Positions 27,577 to 32,000 of a stretch of DNA of 32,000 bases are shown one piece after another. The position numbers were made by a program, and so were the translations under genes. This DNA comes from Alkalicoccus daliensis (GTDB taxonomy: Bacteria; Bacillota; Bacilli; Bacillales; Salisediminibacteriaceae): contig NZ_FNIL01000014.1 in the NCBI RefSeq assembly GCF_900103955.1, positions 1 to 32,000 on the forward strand. The letters run 5' to 3'. Under the pieces are notes generated by a model. That model was not told the DNA's origin. It saw only the letters and a list, made by a program, of their open reading frames with translations, and did no database searches. How positions within the stretch are numbered: the stretch's first letter is position 1; each line of letters starts with the position of its first letter.

Positions 27577-27933
27577 TTGACGAACTTAAGAGAACTGTAT
27601 GCTTCAACTCGCGCTCTTTACGATCATCTGCTGGAAGATTTCCCTAAAGAAGATGAAAAAAGAGACAATTATATTGAAAAGGTAAATCAACTTCTTGATC
27701 AACGGGAACAGCTTATGACATCTCTTCAGCCGCCCTCTACATCCGGTGAAAAAAAAGTAGCACAGGAGATTTTCCGGTTAAATAAAGAGATTCAGGAAAA
27801 ATTAAAAACAAATCAGCAGCGGATCCAGACAGACATAAATCAGCTTAATCAGAAAAAGAACACTGGCCGCCGTTATGAAAATCCATACGATGGTCCCACT
27901 CCAGATGGTGTCTTTTTCGATTCAAAAAAATAA
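27577..27933 (+). CDS. fliT: FliT-like flagellar chaperone
   Basis: Small helical protein directly downstream of fliD (LYASTRALYDHLLEDFPKEDEKRDNYIEKVNQLLDQREQLMTSL); assignment mostly positional. Confidence 0.6.
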   Translation: MTNLRELYASTRALYDHLLEDFPKEDEKRDNYIEKVNQLLDQREQLMTSLQPPSTSGEKKVAQEIFRLNKEIQEKLKTNQQRIQTDINQLNQKKNTGRRYENPYDGPTPDGVFFDSKK

Positions 27934-27949
27934 ATTTTAGAATTGAGTG

Positions 27950-27974
27950 TAAAATTGTGACTTTCGTCCGATAT
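27950..27974 (+). promoter_or_regulatory. Weaker SigD-like promoter upstream of flaG
   Basis: TAAA-N13-TCCGATAT; spacing is shorter than the usual 15. Confidence 0.35.
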
Positions 27975-28011
27975 AAGGGATGTGGTACTTCAATTACGAG
28001 GAGTTGATCAC

Positions 28012-28395
28012 ATGGAAGTGCAATCAATGCGCTCGGGACAGGAACTGCCGCCGTTGAAAAAAACGGAAGCAGCACCTGTTCAGCTGCGACAGGCTTCAAT
28101 ACCACAAGGAAGTGCAGACAAAGGCTCCCGGGAGGATGTAACACATTCTCTGGAGCGGAGCAAGGAGTGGTCGCAGGACGATCTCGACCGGGGCATAGAA
28201 GCAATGAATGATCTTTCTGTTTTCAGAGAGAGATCCCTTGCCTTTGAGCATCATGAAAAGCTCAATCGGACAATGGTAAAAATCATTGATCGGGAAACGG
28301 AAGAAGTTGTCCGGGAAATCCCTCCAGAAAAGTTTCTGGATATGATCTCCTCCATGCTCGAATTCGCCGGTATTATTATCGACGAAAAAGTTTAA
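28012..28395 (+). CDS. flaG: FlaG family protein
   Basis: LAFEHHEKLNRTMVKIIDRETEEVVREIPPEKFLDMISSMLEFAGIIIDEKV. Confidence 0.9.
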   Translation: MEVQSMRSGQELPPLKKTEAAPVQLRQASIPQGSADKGSREDVTHSLERSKEWSQDDLDRGIEAMNDLSVFRERSLAFEHHEKLNRTMVKIIDRETEEVVREIPPEKFLDMISSMLEFAGIIIDEKV

Positions 28396-28400
28396 GGAAA

Positions 28401-28455
28401 ACACAAACAGCGGAAAGCCGGCAATGCTGGTTCTTTCCGCTTTTGTGTTTTTTTA
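28401..28455 (+). terminator. Intrinsic terminator after flaG
   Basis: aacacaaacagcggaaag...ctttccgcttttgtgttttttt. Confidence 0.8.
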
Positions 28456-28479
28456 TTGATTTGGAGGAGATAGTTCAGG

Positions 28480-29110
28480 ATAGCGTGGTGACATGTCAGT
28501 ATAGAGGATTTATGTGTCATTATAGAGGGTTTGCATGTTAGTATAGCCGGTTTGTATTAAAGCATAGCGGCATCGGAGTAAAGCATAGCGGATTTGGAGT
28601 AAAATAAGGTGCGTGACAGTAAAATAAGCGGGCACGGACGTAAATTAGCTTCTTTATTTTAAGTTTCTCTATCGGGGAACGGTTTTAAATGAAGAAGGTA
28701 ATATGCTTTTATGGCTTTTGAGTCCGAATCAGTACAGGATAGCGTGGTGACATGTCAGTATAGAGGGTTTGCATGTTAATATAGCCGGTTTGGATTAAAG
28801 CATAGCGGCATCGGAGTAAAGCATAGCGGATTTGGAGTAAAATAAGGTGCGTGACAGTAATATAAACGGGCACGGACGTAAATTAACTTCTTTATTTTAA
28901 GTTTCTCTATCAGGAAACGGTTTTAAATGAAGAAGGTAATATGCTTTTACGACTTGCGCTCTCGGGTCAGTAAAGTATAGCGTGGTGACATGTCATTATA
29001 GAGGGTTCGCATGTTAGTATAGCCGGTTTGGATTAAAGCATAGCGGCATCGGAGTAAAGCATAGCGGATTTGGAGTAAAATAGGGTGCGTGACAGTAAAA
29101 TAAGCTCCCC
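28480..29110. repeat. Composite intergenic repeat, three higher-order copies of 21-nt periodic array
   Basis: agcgtggtga recurs at 28482, 28741, 28979 (steps 259 and 238, difference exactly one 21-nt unit); TAAA cores at 28558, 28579, 28600, 28620, 28641; homologous to the repeat at 1-800. Confidence 0.95.
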
Positions 29111-29170
29111 TCTTTCCCGGAACAATGAGCGGCTTCCCTTCATTTTGGAAAAGAATTTCTAGCATACACC

Positions 29171-29197
29171 TAAAACTTTCGACCTGTGTGCCGATAT
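29171..29197 (+). promoter_or_regulatory. SigD (sigma-28) promoter for fliS
   Basis: TAAA-N15-GCCGATAT, consensus match about 90 nt upstream of fliS. Confidence 0.8.
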
Positions 29198-29285
29198 AAG
29201 GGACAGGTTGAAAATAACTGCTCGGCAGAAGAGTCTATGTGTTATGTGCCGAAGATTTTAATGATAGAAAGGGTGTCCATGTAGC

Positions 29286-29852
29286 ATGGCTGCAAACAAT
29301 CCATACGCAACATACAAGCAGAATTCATTTGAGACAAAGTCCGCAGGGGAATTAACGTTAATGCTTTATGAAGGCTGCCTAAAGTTTATAAAGCGGGCAG
29401 AAAAGGCAATAGATGACAATCAGATGGAAGAAAAGAATACGAATCTTATTAAAGCGCAGAATATTGTACGTGAGCTGATGGTTACTTTGGATATGAAAGT
29501 GGCAGTTAGTAAAGACATGCTGCCGATGTATGATTATATTTTAAATCAGCTGATTGAAGCAAATATGAAAAACGATAAAGAAGCACTTCAGAATGCTGCA
29601 CAGTTTGTGGCAGATTTCCGAGATACGTGGAAGGAAGTTATTAAAGCAGACAGGCAGTCCCGTCACGGGCAGAAAGCCGCCCCAGCTGAGCCGGCAGCAG
29701 CACCGTCTGAACCGGCCGCAGCTCCTTCGAAACAAGATGCTACCGTTAATCCGTATGCCAAGGCGCGGATGCAGAATCCATATGCAGCAAATGCATCAAA
29801 TCCTTATGCAAAAGCGAAGCAGGCAGCCGCCGCTGCTGCGGCAAAAGGGTAA
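29286..29852 (+). CDS. fliS: Flagellar chaperone FliS with extended NPYA-repeat C-terminal tail
   Basis: NNPYATYKQNSFETKSAGELTLMLYEGCLKFIKRA; aaagggtg RBS; tail PAEPAAAPSEPAAAPS...NPYAKARMQNPYAANASNPYAKAK. Confidence 0.92.
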   Translation: MAANNPYATYKQNSFETKSAGELTLMLYEGCLKFIKRAEKAIDDNQMEEKNTNLIKAQNIVRELMVTLDMKVAVSKDMLPMYDYILNQLIEANMKNDKEALQNAAQFVADFRDTWKEVIKADRQSRHGQKAAPAEPAAAPSEPAAAPSKQDATVNPYAKARMQNPYAANASNPYAKAKQAAAAAAAKG

Positions 29853-29860
29853 CACGCAGA

Positions 29861-29886
29861 AAACGTCCTTTGGGGCGTTTTTTTGT
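29861..29886 (+). terminator. Intrinsic terminator after fliS
   Basis: aaaacgtcc-tttg-gggcgtttttttg. Confidence 0.7.
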
Positions 29887-29948
29887 TGATGCTGGAGTAG
29901 GTGGTATATCTAATGATATGATGAAAAAAAGGTATATGGGGTGATAAA

Positions 29949-30347
29949 TTGAAGGGAATTACAGAAAAACAGCGTATATTTTTAACGCAGTATGCAGGAT
30001 TGCTGCAGGAAATAGATGATGCTGCGCAGTATGCAGGGGAGTGTTATATCCAGGGGGACGAAGACATTGCAGACAGGCTGCTTGCTTCTGTAAGTACCGG
30101 GCTTATCCCTTATAATCCGGAAAATATGACCCTCACCTCTATTTTCATAGAGGATAAAGAAGCGATGGATCAGCTCCAGCATCATTACAGCGCCGTTCTG
30201 ACAGCAACACAGCTGACAGAAGAATTCACATCTACAAAAGAAAAAATGCAATTTTTACACGAAACTTTTATTCCGGCACTGCACCAGTGGCATTTAACTG
30301 TGCAAAAATACAATCCAAACGGAGGAAACCAATATGCCCCTCATTGA
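29949..30347 (+). CDS. Hypothetical protein (132 aa), short helical, downstream of fliS
   Basis: TTG start after gggggtga; overlaps the next CDS by 14 nt. Confidence 0.6.
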   Translation: MKGITEKQRIFLTQYAGLLQEIDDAAQYAGECYIQGDEDIADRLLASVSTGLIPYNPENMTLTSIFIEDKEAMDQLQHHYSAVLTATQLTEEFTSTKEKMQFLHETFIPALHQWHLTVQKYNPNGGNQYAPH

Positions 30348-31299
30348 TCTGCCTTTAGATAAACTATATACATATAATGGAAGGATGGCTAAGCCCAATG
30401 ACTTTGATGCTTATTGGGACAGAGCCCTGCAGGAACTTCAAGATACACATTCAGAAGTGGAAATTTCAAAAAGCAGCTTTCAGACATCGTTTGCGGACTG
30501 CTATGATTTATACTTTACGGGAGTAAAAGGGGCGCGTATTTATGCTAAGTATGTGCAGCCGCATCATCCTCCCGAAGGAAAAGATACGTTTCCAGCGGTG
30601 CTTGAATTTCATGGATACAGTATGAATTCCGGAGACTGGACTTCAAAGCTTGCTTACGCAGCTGCAGGATATGCTGTATTTTCTATGGATGTGCGCGGCC
30701 AGGGAGGGAAATCGGAGGATCCCGGCGGCGTTCAGGGGAATACACTGGAAGGCCATATTATCCGTGGGGCTGCAGAAGGAGAAGATTCGCTGTTTTTCCG
30801 CAATGTGTATCTGGATACAGTACAGCTGGCGAGAATCGTCATGAAGATGAAAGAGATTGATGAAACAGACGTCTCTGTAACTGGGTGGTCACAGGGGGGA
30901 GGGCTGACGCTTGCCTGTGCAGCTCTGGAACCGCGTGTGAAAAAAGCAGCAGCGGTGTACCCGTTTTTAAGTGACTATCTGCGCGTATGGGAAATGGATC
31001 TGGCAGTAGATGCATACAAAGAAATGCGCACACATTTCCGAAGACACGATCCGACCCATGAGAGAAAAGAAGAATTTTTTGCGAGGCTGAATTATATCGA
31101 TATCAGGCATTTAATGCCCCGGATAAAGGGAGAAATTATGATGGGGACAGGATTAATGGATACCGTCTGCCCTCCTTCCACGCAGTTTGCGGCCTACAAT
31201 AACATCACTTCCAAAAAAGAAGTTGTTATTTATCCGGACTTTGCCCATGAAAATCTGCCCGGGATGCATGATCGCATATGGTCATTTCTCACCAAGTAA
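30334..31299 (+). CDS. Acetyl xylan esterase/cephalosporin-C deacetylase-like alpha/beta hydrolase
   Basis: FHGYSMNSGDW, DVRGQGG, GWSQGGGLTLACAALEPRVKKA, PDFAHENLP; ggagg RBS. Confidence 0.88.
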   Translation: MPLIDLPLDKLYTYNGRMAKPNDFDAYWDRALQELQDTHSEVEISKSSFQTSFADCYDLYFTGVKGARIYAKYVQPHHPPEGKDTFPAVLEFHGYSMNSGDWTSKLAYAAAGYAVFSMDVRGQGGKSEDPGGVQGNTLEGHIIRGAAEGEDSLFFRNVYLDTVQLARIVMKMKEIDETDVSVTGWSQGGGLTLACAALEPRVKKAAAVYPFLSDYLRVWEMDLAVDAYKEMRTHFRRHDPTHERKEEFFARLNYIDIRHLMPRIKGEIMMGTGLMDTVCPPSTQFAAYNNITSKKEVVIYPDFAHENLPGMHDRIWSFLTK

Positions 31300-31425
31300 C
31301 TCTAGGGAATTAGAAGTGTTTATGCAATTTTCTGACAAGAATGCTTTGTTTAGGTTTACCATCATCTGTTAAGTGATATAGAGACGTGTAGCGTAATTAA
31401 ATATATCAACAGGAGGTTTTAAGTA

Positions 31426-31743
31426 ATGGTAGATCCAAAAAAACAAGCGGAAGAAAAACTGGAAGATACTTCAGAAGATCGCAAACAGGAGATTCTTGAC
31501 AGCTTCCAAGGATTCCTTGATTATTTGAATAAGCAAGTAAATCGCGGTGAAAAGCTGGGTCTTGGTGAAGAGCAGCTTGCAAAAGGTGCGGAAAGAGTAG
31601 CTGAGCATTTGAAAAACCATGAAGAGCCTCAAAATTCGGAAGAAAAGCTTTTACAGGAACTCTGGAAAGTAGCAGAAGACGAAGAAAAGCGCCATATTGC
31701 ACGTGCGCTGGTACGTTTGGCACAGCAGGAAGGCAACGCATAA
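31426..31743 (+). CDS. DUF3243 family protein (YmfJ-like)
   Basis: FLDYLNKQVNRGEKLGLGEEQLAKGAERVAEHLKNHEEPQNSEEKLLQELWKVA; aggagg RBS. Confidence 0.8.
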   Translation: MVDPKKQAEEKLEDTSEDRKQEILDSFQGFLDYLNKQVNRGEKLGLGEEQLAKGAERVAEHLKNHEEPQNSEEKLLQELWKVAEDEEKRHIARALVRLAQQEGNA

Positions 31744-31757
31744 ATGAATTAAAAGTA

Positions 31758-31786
31758 AGACCGGCCGTTTTTTCTGCCGGTCTTTA
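31758..31786. terminator. Intrinsic terminator between convergent genes
   Basis: agaccggc-cgttttttct-gccggtcttta. Confidence 0.7.
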
Positions 31787-31792
31787 TTTATG

Positions 31793-32000
31793 TTATTTTG
31801 TTTTTAAAATCACCGCTTCCAATGGTGCGAGATCGATATGCAGCCTCCCGTTTTCCAGAATTTGTTCCTGATCATCTGCCAAATTATAAAAAGTGCCTGT
31901 ACCAAGGTCGGAAAGAGTAACTGTCTGCCTGTTCTCCGCACTGTTCATCACAATGATAAACCGATGCAGCTCGTCACTTCTTTCGTACGCGACATACTTT
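31793..32000 (-). CDS. C-terminal end of a possible amylase-family (GH13-like) protein, truncated by the window edge
   Basis: My minus-strand translation: KYVAYERSDELHRFIIVMNSAENRQTVTLSDLGTGTFYNLADDQEQILENGRLHIDLAPLEAVILKTK*, typical C-terminal beta-domain pattern. Confidence 0.55.
   Translation of the reverse strand, partial: KYVAYERSDELHRFIIVMNSAENRQTVTLSDLGTGTFYNLADDQEQILENGRLHIDLAPLEAVILKTK

Noticed and set aside
28480-29110. CRISPR-like appearance of the repeated arrays
   Set aside because: No conserved direct repeat separated by unique spacers of constant length; units are degenerate 21-nt repeats and the inter-array cores are themselves homologous. No cas genes nearby.
1-32000. Prophage, IS element, toxin-antitoxin or defence system
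   Set aside because: No transposase, integrase, phage structural, restriction, or toxin-antitoxin motif recognised in any supported ORF.

Overview
Chromosomal-looking window from a low-to-moderate GC, endospore-forming, motile Bacillaceae-like Firmicute. Most coding content is assignable: a GNAT acetyltransferase, a DesR/DesK/fatty acid desaturase cold-sensing module, a PAS-STAS regulator, a TRM11-like methyltransferase, a YusW-like lipoprotein, a Gfo/Idh/MocA oxidoreductase, clpE with CtsR boxes, a DEAD-box helicase (dbpA type), YyaC, a sulfurtransferase, a PadR/DUF2812 pair, a TetR/CDF efflux pair, flagellar late genes (two fliD paralogs, fliT-like, flaG, fliS), an acetyl xylan esterase-like hydrolase, a DUF3243 protein and the 3' end of a possible amylase-like gene. 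No tRNA, rRNA, CRISPR array or transposase was recognised. Main unexplained signals: (1) three intergenic arrays with a strict 21-nt period around a (G)AGTAAA core (about 1-800, 12245-12410, 28480-29110); two of them are composite elements with about 240-262-bp higher-order units, a conserved 21-21-20-21 spacing and an SD-ATG-CTTTTA micro-ORF; (2) three adjacent small Asn/Asp-rich lipoproteins (14810-16032), one with an (AMMN)(D)n minisatellite, sharing SigB-like upstream motifs; (3) two fliD paralogs with SigD-type promoters, one behind a terminator-like leader; (4) a FliS with a C-terminal tail repeating its own N-terminal NPYA motif. All functional interpretations of these are inference.
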